Below are positions 1 to 9,518 of a stretch of DNA of 64,000 bases, one piece after another. The position numbers and the translations under genes are program-made. The notes beneath the pieces were generated by a model, which saw nothing but the letters and a program-made list of their open reading frames with translations, was not told where the DNA came from and did no database searches. Position 1 is the first letter of the stretch. Each line of letters begins with the position of its first letter. Where the stretch lies: the sequence record SRR20825006_1933. One strand, written 5' to 3'.

Positions 1-138
1 GCACACACCGCAATCGATGCACTCATCCGGGTGGATGACCAGCATGTTCTCGCCTTCATAGAAGCAGTCGACAGGGCAAACCTCGACGCAATCCATGTAT
101 TTGCAGCGGATACAGGCATCAACGACAATATAGGTCAT
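1..138 (-). CDS. fdxA: 7Fe ferredoxin FdxA (3' end runs off the window)
   Basis: Not in the ORF track. Manual translation from ATG at 138: [46 protein letters not shown], the typical FdxA Cys pattern. Confidence 0.95.
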   Translation of the reverse strand, partial: MTYIVVDACIRCKYMDCVEVCPVDCFYEGENMLVIHPDECIDCGVC

Positions 139-223
139 GGGCAGGAGGGCCTTCTGGGGTTTGTGCACCGGCGAAATGGCGCGCGCAGGCGCTCATGTCA
201 ATGAGGTGTTCTGACAGGAGTCT

Positions 224-670
224 TCAGGAAGCGTCGGCGATCCGCTTTTCCGCCGCCTGGCGAGCCTGTGCGCGAGAAATATCGTCAATATGCAGCAGCG
301 AGGCGACATGGCGGATATAGGCATCCTCGATATCGCTTTTTTCGCCATCAGCCAGCGCGACCCGGTACAAGCCTTCAATGATGGAAATCCGCTCCGCAAT
401 CGGCAGCTTCTTCACATGCTTGGTAAACTGGTGGGAACCGACCGCCTCTTCAGCCAAGGCTTCGCCTTCGGCCAGCACGGCATCTGCCTTGTCTGCATCG
501 AATTTGAACGCTTCCAACAGGATTTCGGCGATCATGTCGCTTTCAATGTTCACATAGACCCCATCAGACAGGGCAGCCTCGACAAGTAGCGCCGCAGCCG
601 CAACTTGCGGGTCCATCGGTCTTTCGGCGGGCGTTTTCTGCCGGAACAGATTTTTCAGCGTGTTCATCAT
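224..670 (-). CDS. TerB-family (tellurite-resistance-like) protein
   Basis: AAAALLVEAALSDG and LYRVALADGEKSDIEDAYIRHVASLL are TerB-like motifs. The start overlaps the upstream stop (ATGA). Confidence 0.8.
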   Translation of the reverse strand: MMNTLKNLFRQKTPAERPMDPQVAAAALLVEAALSDGVYVNIESDMIAEILLEAFKFDADKADAVLAEGEALAEEAVGSHQFTKHVKKLPIAERISIIEGLYRVALADGEKSDIEDAYIRHVASLLHIDDISRAQARQAAEKRIADAS

Positions 671-954
671 GTGTCGGTCTCCAGCGTCGTGTACATTGCC
701 GCCGCCTCTTCTGCCGGCCCTCTCCGAGTGCCCAGATCCAGCACTTCGACGGTCCTGATATGCGCGCCTCGCGCCAGCGTGACAACATCTCCAACGCAAA
801 TAGCGGCGCCCGGCTTGTTGACGCGCCGGGTCTGGCCATTGCGGGTCAATCGGACGCCCCGCTTGCGAATATACGTTCCGGACAGGGCGCGAGTCTTGAA
901 AAACCGTGTCCGCCACAGCCACACATCAAGGCGCAGCGTCGGCGTGTCCGTCAT
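667..954 (-). CDS. hslR: S4 RNA-binding domain protein (Hsp15/HslR-like)
   Basis: LRLDVWLWRTRFFKTRALS and RRGPAEEAAAMY match the Hsp15 pattern. Confidence 0.85.
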   Translation of the reverse strand: MTDTPTLRLDVWLWRTRFFKTRALSGTYIRKRGVRLTRNGQTRRVNKPGAAICVGDVVTLARGAHIRTVEVLDLGTRRGPAEEAAAMYTTLETDT

Positions 955-3674
955 TGAAAGGGCTTGTACTCGAAGCTCGTATCAGCTGCGCTTTCAGCGG
1001 CGGCTTCCGGCTTGGGTTTTGGCTTGCGTTTCTTTTTCTTTGGTTTGTTAGCCGCCTGCTTGGGCTCCGGCAGCAAGGCTGCGAGCGCCGCGAACGGGCT
1101 GTCCGGGTCCGGCTGGCGCGACTGCGAGGCACTGCGGGAATTGGACCGCCCGCCCCCGCCTTGCTGTTTTGGTCCGCGTGGGCCTTTCGGGCCTTTGCCA
1201 CCGGCATTCTGATCTCGGCCGCGCTGGGGCCGCCCGCCTTCAGGCCGCCCCTCGGGACGGGCGCGGGACGCATAGCGCCACAAAGTAACGGCATCCGTTT
1301 CCTTGTCCTTTTCCGCAGGCGCAAGGCCAAAGCCTTTCAACACGGCGGGCCAGTCATCGGCAGGGCAAGAGACGACGGAAGCCAGGTCGATCTCGATGGG
1401 GAATGCGTTCTTCGAGGCTTCCTTGCGGCGCTTGGCGATCTCCCAGCCGAGACGTTCGGCAAGGTCTGCGCGCACGGCCCGGCGGCCGAAACGGAGATAG
1501 CCATTGGCGGCAAGCGCCTCTTCCGGCCATGTGCCATCAAGCGCAAATGACCCGGCCCCCTCGGGTGCCAGTGGGAAAGGTTGACCTTCAAACACAGCGC
1601 GCAGAATGGCGATCATGCGCTGGCCTGCAGGCTTTTGCGCATCCGGCACATGTGCCGCGACACGGCCTGCTCTCACGCCAATGCCTTTGAGGGCTTCACG
1701 CTGGTCGCCGGTCAGACGCAGACTTGGGTCATCCTGGCGAAGATCAACCGCAGCCCCGGTTTCAAGAAGACGGAAGGCAATCCCGCGCGCGAGACCTTCC
1801 AGCGCATCGCCCGCTTTTTCAACGGCCAGCTTTGTATGAGTTGGCAGGATCTTGGCGGTCTCGGCCGCGGCCCATTGCTCCAGCCGCTGGCGCGCAGCTT
1901 CACGCTCGGCCGGGTCGACTTCGGATGCGCCGACAATCTCGACGCGCGGCGCCATCCAGCTCGATCCCTTGGCCAGATGGGCCACGGGCGAATTGATGTG
2001 TTCGATCTGGCCTTCATCATTCAGTTTGAACGCATCATCCGGCGCCGCCACGATCAGCGACAGGCGTTCCAGGATCAGCGGGCGCACAGCGGCCTGGGCT
2101 GCGCTGCGCACCGCCTTGCCTTCGAGCGTACGGGTATCAAGAACAGGTTCGAAGGTCAGGCCTTTCAGGCGTCCAACGACATGGCCTTCCACACGGACAT
2201 CACCTTCCGGGGTCAATTCGGTCACGAGGGCGTCTTCCTTCTTCAGGCTGGCAAGCAAAGCGGTGGTTCGCCGGTCCACGAACCGGGCAGTCAGCGCTTC
2301 GTGTAGCGCGTCTGACAGGGAGTCTTCAATCTCTCGTGTTCGATCCTGCCATTTTTCCGGGTTTTCCAGCCAGTCAGGCCGATGGGCGGCATAGGTCCAG
2401 GTCCGTATATTGGCAAGCCGCTGCTGCAGCTTCGCAATATCTCCCTGGGTCGATGAAAGATCATCCAGCCGGCGCTCCAGCCCCTTGTCGGCAAGGCGCG
2501 CATCCGGATTGGCGAGCGTTTCAGCAAGGCCCAGCACGAGCCGTGCATGGCCTTCCGGCCCGGCTTTGCGGAAGTCTGGCAGGCGGGCCAGATCCCATAG
2601 CCGCCGCACTTCGCGCGTACCCGCCACATTCGGCCCGATGGCCGCATCTTCCGCCATTCGGCGCAGCACCCATTCATCCAGTGCATGCGGATTATGGATC
2701 AGGGATGGATGCCCGGATGGGGTCTCAAGGCTCAGGATCAGGCGGCGCAGGCTGGAGAAGTCGAGTGCAGAGTTGCGCCATTGCAGATGATCCACCGGAT
2801 CGAACCGATGCGCCTCGATGGCCTGCCATGTCGCTTCATCGAATGGCGGACAGGTCGCTGTCTCCCCAAATTCACCATCGGTACGGAACCGCCCGGCCCG
2901 GCCCGCGATCTGTGCGCATTCTGCTGGTGTCAGCAGGCGATGGCGCCGCCCATCGAACTTCGAGCGTGAGGCGAACACGACCCGGTCGACATCAAGGTTC
3001 AGCCCCATGCCGATCGCATCGGTTGCAACAATGTAGTCGACTTCGCCGGACTGGTAGAGCTCAACTTGCGAATTCCGCGTGCGCGGGCTCAGCGCGCCCA
3101 TCACAATCGCCGCTCCCCCCTTCTGGCGCCGCAGCAATTCGCCAATCGCATAGACCTCATCCGCGCTGAATGCGACAATGGCCGTACGCTTCGGCAGTTT
3201 GGTGATCTTGCAATGCCCGGTATAGCGCAGCTCTGAAAACCGCTCGCGAGGCTCGGTCTCGGCGCCAAGGTCCAATTTACGCAACACACTGCGCATCGTG
3301 TCGCTGCCCAGCAGCAATGTCTCGTGATTGCCGCGCAAATTCAGGATACGGTCGGTGAAAACATGGCCCCGATCCTGGTCTTCGGCCAGCTGGATCTCGT
3401 CAATCGCGACGAAATCCACTTTCAGATCCACCGGCATGGATTCCACTGTGCACACCCAGTATCGCGCCGTACGCGGAACAATGCGCTCCTCACCAGTAAT
3501 CAGCGCGACATGGGCCGCGCCCTTGCGCTCGACCACACGATCATAAACCTCGCGCGCCAACAGGCGCAGCGGCAGGCCGATCATGCCGGTGCCAAACCCC
3601 GTCATCCGCTCGATGGCATAGTGGGTCTTGCCGGTATTGGTGGGGCCGAGAATGGCCTTCAGGGTGGAACTCAT
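951..3674 (-). CDS. SUV3/MgpS-like superfamily 2 helicase
   Basis: LGPTNTGKT, PLRLLAREVY, DEIQ, ATDAIGMGLNL and QIAGRAGR motifs; basic low-complexity C-tail. Start placed at MSSTLK. Confidence 0.9.
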   Translation of the reverse strand: MSSTLKAILGPTNTGKTHYAIERMTGFGTGMIGLPLRLLAREVYDRVVERKGAAHVALITGEERIVPRTARYWVCTVESMPVDLKVDFVAIDEIQLAEDQDRGHVFTDRILNLRGNHETLLLGSDTMRSVLRKLDLGAETEPRERFSELRYTGHCKITKLPKRTAIVAFSADEVYAIGELLRRQKGGAAIVMGALSPRTRNSQVELYQSGEVDYIVATDAIGMGLNLDVDRVVFASRSKFDGRRHRLLTPAECAQIAGRAGRFRTDGEFGETATCPPFDEATWQAIEAHRFDPVDHLQWRNSALDFSSLRRLILSLETPSGHPSLIHNPHALDEWVLRRMAEDAAIGPNVAGTREVRRLWDLARLPDFRKAGPEGHARLVLGLAETLANPDARLADKGLERRLDDLSSTQGDIAKLQQRLANIRTWTYAAHRPDWLENPEKWQDRTREIEDSLSDALHEALTARFVDRRTTALLASLKKEDALVTELTPEGDVRVEGHVVGRLKGLTFEPVLDTRTLEGKAVRSAAQAAVRPLILERLSLIVAAPDDAFKLNDEGQIEHINSPVAHLAKGSSWMAPRVEIVGASEVDPAEREAARQRLEQWAAAETAKILPTHTKLAVEKAGDALEGLARGIAFRLLETGAAVDLRQDDPSLRLTGDQREALKGIGVRAGRVAAHVPDAQKPAGQRMIAILRAVFEGQPFPLAPEGAGSFALDGTWPEEALAANGYLRFGRRAVRADLAERLGWEIAKRRKEASKNAFPIEIDLASVVSCPADDWPAVLKGFGLAPAEKDKETDAVTLWRYASRARPEGRPEGGRPQRGRDQNAGGKGPKGPRGPKQQGGGGRSNSRSASQSRQPDPDSPFAALAALLPEPKQAANKPKKKKRKPKPKPEAAAESAADTSFEYKPFQ

Positions 3675-3873
3675 CGACGTTGCGTGGCGGGGCCGCCATT
3701 GAAAGTCAAGTTGAGCCTGCAATCGGCCCACACCCCCTGCCCCCGAACCGGTCAATCTGGCAGGAAACTGCCCTTGATCCTGTCGCCCGGAAAAAACCCG
3801 CCTGTCGATCCAATTAGAAGTTGTCCGCCTCTGCGCACTCCCCTAGAGCCCTCGGAAACAATGGGGACTTCGC

Positions 3874-5016
3874 GTGACAATGACCGCCATGAATCAGGCT
3901 CGCTCTTCGAGCCAGAGGTTCTATGTCCTCGACGGCATGCGCGGGATCGCGGCGATCATCGTGATGCTCTACCACTATATTGGAAGCGGACAGTCCAGGC
4001 TGCTCATGAACAGCTATATTGCCGTGGACCTGTTCTTCATCCTCAGCGGCTTTGTCATCTATCATGCCTATGCCAAGGCCCTGCGGGACGGCATGCCTGC
4101 GGGCGTCTATGCCAACAAACGGATTTCCCGGCTCGCCCCGACTGTCGCGGGCGGCGTGGTACTCGGCGCCATCGCGATGCTGATCGTGTTTGCCGAGACC
4201 GGGCGGGCCTTCAACCCCCTCCAGTTCACCCTGACCCATATCGGCCATTTCGCTTTCATCCCGGCGCTCAGCGATTACGAGATCCCTGCGAATGGCACGC
4301 TGGAACTCTTCCCGTCCAATCCGCCGCTCTGGTCGATCTTCTACGAATTTGTCGCCAGCATCGCATTCATCTGGATTGCGCGCCTGCCGAAATGGCGACT
4401 GGTCGGCACCTGCCTTGCCGCCTTCTCGCTCTACCTGTTTTGCTGTCTCGCGCTGGCCCGCTTGTCCGGCAATGACCTGACCGCCAATGTCGGCTGGAGC
4501 CATCAGACCTTCTTCTTCGGCTTTCCGCGCGTTTTCTCGGCCTTCCTCGCGGGGATCATCATCTACCGGCTGGTCCAGAATCCTGCCGGCCCGGTGGCCC
4601 GATACTTGCCACGCTTTACAGGCCTGATGCCCACGCTGATCGTATTCGCGGTAACACTCGGCATCCTGATGTTTCCCGTCTACGCAAAAGGCGCCTATCA
4701 GTTTATCGCCATCGGCCTGCTCTGCCCGCTGCTCATCCTGATCGGCGCGCGCGTCCAGCCGGGCAGCCTCTGGCTTACCGGGGTCTGCGAGCGTCTCGGC
4801 CTGATCTCGTTTCCGCTCTATTGTGTGCACGAGCCCGTCCGCCACCTGACTGGCGTTCTGCTGCGCCGTACCGGTCTGACGGACATCCCAACCGAGTTGC
4901 GCGTCACCCTGACCGTGATCCTCGCCCTATTGATCTCAGTCGGCTTGCTCTGGCTCCTCGGCCAATTCCAGGCCCGCCGCCGCCTCAGCGCCAGTTTGAA
5001 ACCGTTTTTGGGATAG
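3874..5016 (+). CDS. Acyltransferase-3 (OafA-like) membrane O-acyltransferase
   Basis: LDGMRGIAA..VMLYH, AVDLFFILSGFV, NPPLWSIFYE and LGLISFPLYCVH motifs; multiple TM segments. Confidence 0.85.
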   Translation: MTMTAMNQARSSSQRFYVLDGMRGIAAIIVMLYHYIGSGQSRLLMNSYIAVDLFFILSGFVIYHAYAKALRDGMPAGVYANKRISRLAPTVAGGVVLGAIAMLIVFAETGRAFNPLQFTLTHIGHFAFIPALSDYEIPANGTLELFPSNPPLWSIFYEFVASIAFIWIARLPKWRLVGTCLAAFSLYLFCCLALARLSGNDLTANVGWSHQTFFFGFPRVFSAFLAGIIIYRLVQNPAGPVARYLPRFTGLMPTLIVFAVTLGILMFPVYAKGAYQFIAIGLLCPLLILIGARVQPGSLWLTGVCERLGLISFPLYCVHEPVRHLTGVLLRRTGLTDIPTELRVTLTVILALLISVGLLWLLGQFQARRRLSASLKPFLG

Positions 5017-5022
5017 GATGGA

Positions 5023-5838
5023 TCAGGCCATCGCCTCGGCGCGGACCAGCTCTGCGACCGGCGCTTTTTCGTTCACCACATGCGGCTGGAAGTGGAGCAG
5101 TTCCCAGCGACCGTCATGATGCTCGACGAGGGCCGTGCAGCTCTCTACCCAGTCGCCATCATTCATGTAGGTGATGCCGTCAATGTCGCGCATTTCGGCG
5201 ACATGGATATGGCCACAGATCGCGCCATCATATTCCTTGCGACGACAATAATCCGCCACATGGCCCTCGAAATTATGGATATGGTTCAGCGCCCGCTTGG
5301 TGCGCTTTTTCAGGGCCTGTGACAGCGACCAGTACGGCATACCGAACCAGCGACGGATCGCGTTCAGCTTCGTATTGGTCCAGAGCAGGAAATTATAGGC
5401 ATGATCGCCCAGATGCATGATCCATTTGCGGTCGGCCCGCATCATGCCGTCAAACATGTCGCCATGTACGACCAGATAGCGCTTGCCATCTTCGCCCTCA
5501 TGCACGGCGCGGTTCTTCACCTTGATGTCGCCAAAGGCGAGCCGGAACTGCAGGAAGGCGCGCAGGAACTCGTCATGGTTCCCGATGATATAGGTCACGT
5601 CCGTGCCGCGCTTTGCAGCCGTCAGGATACGGCGGATAACGTTCGTGTGTGATTGCGGCCAGTACCATTTCTTGCGCATCCGCCAGCCATCAATGATGTC
5701 ACCCACCAGATAGAGCTGCTCGGATGTATGCGTCTTCATGAAGGCGCACAGCGCATCGGCCTGGCATCCGGCACTGCCGAGATGCACATCGGAGATGAAG
5801 ATCGAACGATAATCAGGGCGAGGATCGGCACGGGTCAT
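5023..5838 (-). CDS. plcP: LpxH-like metallophosphoesterase, PlcP-type phospholipase C
   Basis: FISDVHLG, LVGDIIDGW, WYWPQSH, GNHDE, HGD, CGHIH and NDGDWVES motifs; Pho-box-like repeat upstream. Confidence 0.75.
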   Translation of the reverse strand: MTRADPRPDYRSIFISDVHLGSAGCQADALCAFMKTHTSEQLYLVGDIIDGWRMRKKWYWPQSHTNVIRRILTAAKRGTDVTYIIGNHDEFLRAFLQFRLAFGDIKVKNRAVHEGEDGKRYLVVHGDMFDGMMRADRKWIMHLGDHAYNFLLWTNTKLNAIRRWFGMPYWSLSQALKKRTKRALNHIHNFEGHVADYCRRKEYDGAICGHIHVAEMRDIDGITYMNDGDWVESCTALVEHHDGRWELLHFQPHVVNEKAPVAELVRAEAMA

Positions 5839-5862
5839 GATGCCCGCCCTTAAGTGCGTTCG

Positions 5863-5880
5863 GTATGAGTTTTATGACAG
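5863..5880 (-). promoter_or_regulatory. Pho-box-like site upstream of plcP
   Basis: Minus strand reads CTGTCAT-AAAA-CTCATAC, with TAAGGG 10 nt downstream. Confidence 0.55.
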
Positions 5881-5935
5881 TTTACCCCCTATTTTCGTCA
5901 CAAAAATGCAATAAAAACAGGGTTAACAAAAAGAC

Positions 5936-5967
5936 TTGTCCTCCCCCTCCGCAGGCGGAGGTATAAT
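5936..5967 (+). promoter_or_regulatory. sigma70 promoter with a 20-bp spacer containing a dyad (MerR-like)
   Basis: TTGTCC-N20-TATAAT; dyad CCTCCcCCT-ccgc-AGGcGGAGG at 5940-5961; ATG follows 6 nt after the -10. Confidence 0.5.
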
Positions 5968-5973
5968 CAGAGC

Positions 5974-6333
5974 ATGGATGACGCCTTCGCCACTTTGCGA
6001 AACCTGCCGCCGCACCTGCGGCCGTACCGGTTCTGGATCTGGCTACAGGTCGTGATCCTCACCTTTCACGTGCGCCATATCCAGCGGGATATGCGCGCCA
6101 TGATGGTGCGCATATCACCCCGCGGAGAGGTCGATATTGTCGCTGTCGGGGACGGGCAGGGAACGATCAAACCTGATCCGCTGGCCTTTGAGCCATCGAA
6201 AGGCTTCCGCCTGGCGATGGGGGAGTTGGATTTGGCTGTGCCGATGGGCGAGCGGCTTCAGTCAGCCCCTGCCGTCACAATGCCACGTCGGCCCTGTGCG
6301 ACCGGCACGCGCCTGCCGCGTCCCGATACCTGA
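5974..6333 (+). CDS. Hypothetical protein, probably leaderless
   Basis: 119-aa ORF filling an intergenic gap behind a consensus TATAAT; one hydrophobic stretch. Confidence 0.55.
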   Translation: MDDAFATLRNLPPHLRPYRFWIWLQVVILTFHVRHIQRDMRAMMVRISPRGEVDIVAVGDGQGTIKPDPLAFEPSKGFRLAMGELDLAVPMGERLQSAPAVTMPRRPCATGTRLPRPDT

Positions 6334-6408
6334 CGCGAAGTGTCCCGATGAAGATCCAACTGTCTTCCAAGCGCCTTCACGAGCGTCGCATGCGCAGGAA
6401 CAGGCGGT

Positions 6409-7338
6409 CTAACCTTCCCTCACGCCCCCACCGCGCCGGGCGAGCCAGACACCACCCAGGATCAGGGCGAACGCGATCAGCGCCTGCCAGCTCTGCGTCT
6501 CTCGGAAGAATATCCAACCGAGCACGGCGCTGACCACTGGAATCGCATAGCCCGTCAGGGACAAGAATGTCGCGCTCGTCCGCGCGATCAGGTACATGTA
6601 CAGCGCCTGTGCAATTGCCGTCGGGATCACGCCAAGCCCCACCACGGCGGCCCAATGCGTCCAGTCGGCATTGACCTCGGACGGGTGCACCGTGAAGGCC
6701 AGCGGCCACGAAACCACCGCCGCCAGCGTGACGAAACCGGTCGCGAACGGAATGGCCTCGATCCGGGGCGCGCCGCGCGCCATCAGGCTTGCAAGGGCGT
6801 AATTCATCGTCGCGAGGATCAGCAGCAGCTGCGCCACAACACTCGCATCGCCAAGCCCCTTCATCGCATCCGGCCCGAACAAAACAGCCACACCCGCAAA
6901 ACCGGTCAGCACGCCAATCGCGGTTCCGCGATTCATCCGTTCATCCGCAAACAGAAAGGTTGCCCCACTCACCACGAAGATCGGCACAGCCGCCGTGTAA
7001 AGTGCGGCAAGGCTGGAATTGACCGTCTCCTGAGCGGTCGTGATCAGGAAGAAGGGAAAGACGGAGCCTGCGAGCCCCATCCCGATGATCGCCACCCAGC
7101 GCTTGCGGTCTCTCAATGGCGGCAATTTCTGCCCCCGTGCCAACATCAGCACCCACAGTACCGCCGCGCCAATCGTCAACCGCCCCGGCAGCACCCAGGC
7201 CACCGGCAGGCCCATATCCGGATTGCCCTTGTCCACCGCCACCCGGGTCAGCGCATAGGCCCCGGCCCAGAACAGGGTCAAAAGAGCAAACAGCCCCCAA
7301 TCAGCGGCAGAGCGACTTTGAAGCTGGGGCCCATTCAT
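6409..7338 (-). CDS. DMT/EamA-family transporter
   Basis: About 10 hydrophobic segments in two EamA-like repeats; PVVSAVLGWIFFRE motif. Confidence 0.9.
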   Translation of the reverse strand: MNGPQLQSRSAADWGLFALLTLFWAGAYALTRVAVDKGNPDMGLPVAWVLPGRLTIGAAVLWVLMLARGQKLPPLRDRKRWVAIIGMGLAGSVFPFFLITTAQETVNSSLAALYTAAVPIFVVSGATFLFADERMNRGTAIGVLTGFAGVAVLFGPDAMKGLGDASVVAQLLLILATMNYALASLMARGAPRIEAIPFATGFVTLAAVVSWPLAFTVHPSEVNADWTHWAAVVGLGVIPTAIAQALYMYLIARTSATFLSLTGYAIPVVSAVLGWIFFRETQSWQALIAFALILGGVWLARRGGGVREG

Positions 7339-8237
7339 GGCATCGCCGCGCCGCGCGACGTCTCGATCATACTGTACCAGTCCGCACGGCTGAGCTGGAT
7401 TTCCAGCGCGCGCGTCGCCGCCTTCAGGCGCGCCGGAGTCTGCGTGCCCAGCAGAACAATGGGCTGCGCCGGATGCATCAGGACGAAAGCCAGCGCCACT
7501 TCGCTGCGGCTCACACCATGCCCGGCCGCGATCCTGTCGAGCGCCTGATGCACATCCACCAACCTTTCAGGATCATCAGGCTGCGGTCTATATCCATCGG
7601 CCAGCCGACCGCCCGCCAGCGGCGACCAAACCAGCGCCGCCGCACCGACTTCCTGGCACCAGTCCAGTGTGCCGTCTTCCAGGGGCGCCAGATGCAGGGC
7701 GGAAAATTCCGGCTGCGTGCTGACAAGCTTCGGCCCCAGATGTGCCTGCAATGCGCGGGTTTGCGCCACGGAGAAATTGGAGACTCCTGCTGCCCCGATC
7801 TTGCCGTCGGCCAGAAGCGTTTCCAGCGCATCGGCAACTTCCTCCCAAGGGGCCAACAGGTCCGGCCGGTGAATTTGGTAAAGGTCGATCTGCTCAACGC
7901 CAAGCCGCGCAAGCGACGCTTCGCAGGCCTCGATCAGGTATTTACGACTCGAATTGTAGGGCGCGGGGGGAATAATTCCGCCCTTGGTCGCCAATACCAT
8001 TCTCGTGCGCCGCGCAGGATCGGCTTTCAACACCTTGCCCAGCAAGACCTCGGCCGCGCCAAATCCATCCCCGCCAAATCCGTAGATGTCAGCCGTGTCG
8101 ATAAGAGTCATGCCCAGATCGAGCGCGGTCTCAACAAGATTCTCCGCATGGGACAATTCATGTCCCAAAAAGCGCCAGCAACCGAAGCCCAAAGCACCCG
8201 CGCGCAGTCCGCTCGTTCCGATCCCTACCTGACGCAT
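7335..8237 (-). CDS. Aldo/keto reductase
   Basis: IDTADIYG, LATKGG, IDLYQIHRPD, GVSNF and WSPLAGG motifs. Confidence 0.92.
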   Translation of the reverse strand: MRQVGIGTSGLRAGALGFGCWRFLGHELSHAENLVETALDLGMTLIDTADIYGFGGDGFGAAEVLLGKVLKADPARRTRMVLATKGGIIPPAPYNSSRKYLIEACEASLARLGVEQIDLYQIHRPDLLAPWEEVADALETLLADGKIGAAGVSNFSVAQTRALQAHLGPKLVSTQPEFSALHLAPLEDGTLDWCQEVGAAALVWSPLAGGRLADGYRPQPDDPERLVDVHQALDRIAAGHGVSRSEVALAFVLMHPAQPIVLLGTQTPARLKAATRALEIQLSRADWYSMIETSRGAAMP

Positions 8238-8420
8238 GAAACCGCCTCCTCGTGACTTCAGGCCATAAGAGGCCGCTGAAGCCAAGTCCACGACTGATCT
8301 CTGTTAGCGAAAACAGGCAGTAAGCGGCGCGAGGCCGCATGGGCAGCGGGTGGACGAAATTGCGCGGGCGTCGTAAAGGGCCAGCAGATTTATAGCCTAC
8401 CGCTCCAAAGGAGATTTTTC

Positions 8421-9428
8421 ATGGCCGTTCGCGTTGCAATCAATGGTTTTGGCCGCATTGGCCGTCTCGTCCTTCGTTCGATCATCGAGCATGACCGCAA
8501 GGACATCGAAGTCGTCTCGATCAACGACCTCGGTCCGGTGGCCACCAATGCCCACCTGCTCCAGTATGATTCCGTTCATGGCCGGTTGAACCAGACGGTC
8601 GAAGTGGACGGTGACACGATCATCGTCGGCGACCGCAAATTCCTCTGCACCGCCGTACGCGACCCCGCTGACCTGCCGCATGCCGAGCTGGATATCGACA
8701 TCGCAATGGAATGTACCGGCATCTTCGCCGACAAGGAAAAAGCGTCTGCTCACCTCAAGGCGGGCGCCAAACGCGTGCTGGTCTCTGCTCCGGCGACAAA
8801 TGCTGACAAGACCATCGTCTTCGGTGTGAACCACGACACGCTTACCAAAGATGATCTCGTCGTCTCCAACGCATCCTGCACCACCAACTGCCTGTCGCCC
8901 GTCGCCAAAGTGCTGAACGACACGGTCGGTATCAAGCGCGGCTACATGACGACGGTCCACTCCTATACGGGTGACCAGCCAACCCTCGACCGGATGCACA
9001 AGGACCTCTATCGCGGCCGCGCGGCTGCGATGTCCATGATCCCGACCTCGACCGGCGCAGCAAAAGCCGTTGGCCTGGTCCTGCCGGAACTGAAGGGCAA
9101 GCTCGACGGTTCCGCCATCCGCGTCCCAACGCCAAACGTCTCGATGATCGACCTCGTCTTCGATGCCGGCAAGCCAACCACGGTCGAAGAAGTGAACACG
9201 GCCATCAAGGCCGCCGCTGACGGTCCAATGAAAGGCGTGCTCGGCTATACTGACAAGCCGCTCGTCTCCGCAGACTTCAACCACGATCCGCACTCGTCCA
9301 CCTTTGCGCTCGACCAAACGCAGGTCATCGAAGGCACCATGGTTCGGGTCCTGTCCTGGTACGACAATGAGTGGGGCTTCGCGACCCGCATGAGCGATAC
9401 TGCCCTCGCCATGTCCAAACTCATCTAA
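8421..9428 (+). CDS. gap: Glyceraldehyde-3-phosphate dehydrogenase (type I)
   Basis: INGFGRIGR, SNASCTTNCL and WYDNEWGF motifs. Confidence 0.98.
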   Translation: MAVRVAINGFGRIGRLVLRSIIEHDRKDIEVVSINDLGPVATNAHLLQYDSVHGRLNQTVEVDGDTIIVGDRKFLCTAVRDPADLPHAELDIDIAMECTGIFADKEKASAHLKAGAKRVLVSAPATNADKTIVFGVNHDTLTKDDLVVSNASCTTNCLSPVAKVLNDTVGIKRGYMTTVHSYTGDQPTLDRMHKDLYRGRAAAMSMIPTSTGAAKAVGLVLPELKGKLDGSAIRVPTPNVSMIDLVFDAGKPTTVEEVNTAIKAAADGPMKGVLGYTDKPLVSADFNHDPHSSTFALDQTQVIEGTMVRVLSWYDNEWGFATRMSDTALAMSKLI

Positions 9429-9439
9429 AACCCTTCTCC

Positions 9440-9471
9440 AGAGCGCTTCCCAACCGGGAGGCGCTCTTTTT
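9440..9471 (+). terminator. Intrinsic terminator/attenuator between gap and pgk
   Basis: AGAGCGCTTCCC-aacc-GGGAGGCGCTCT followed by a T run. Confidence 0.75.
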
Positions 9472-9518
9472 CCATGCCGCATCGCACCCGGTTGGCCGGG
9501 CATTCTGGAGGAAATACC

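Noticed and set aside
224-670. Tellurite-resistance or phage-defence ter operon
   Set aside because: Only a single TerB-like gene is present, with no other ter genes.
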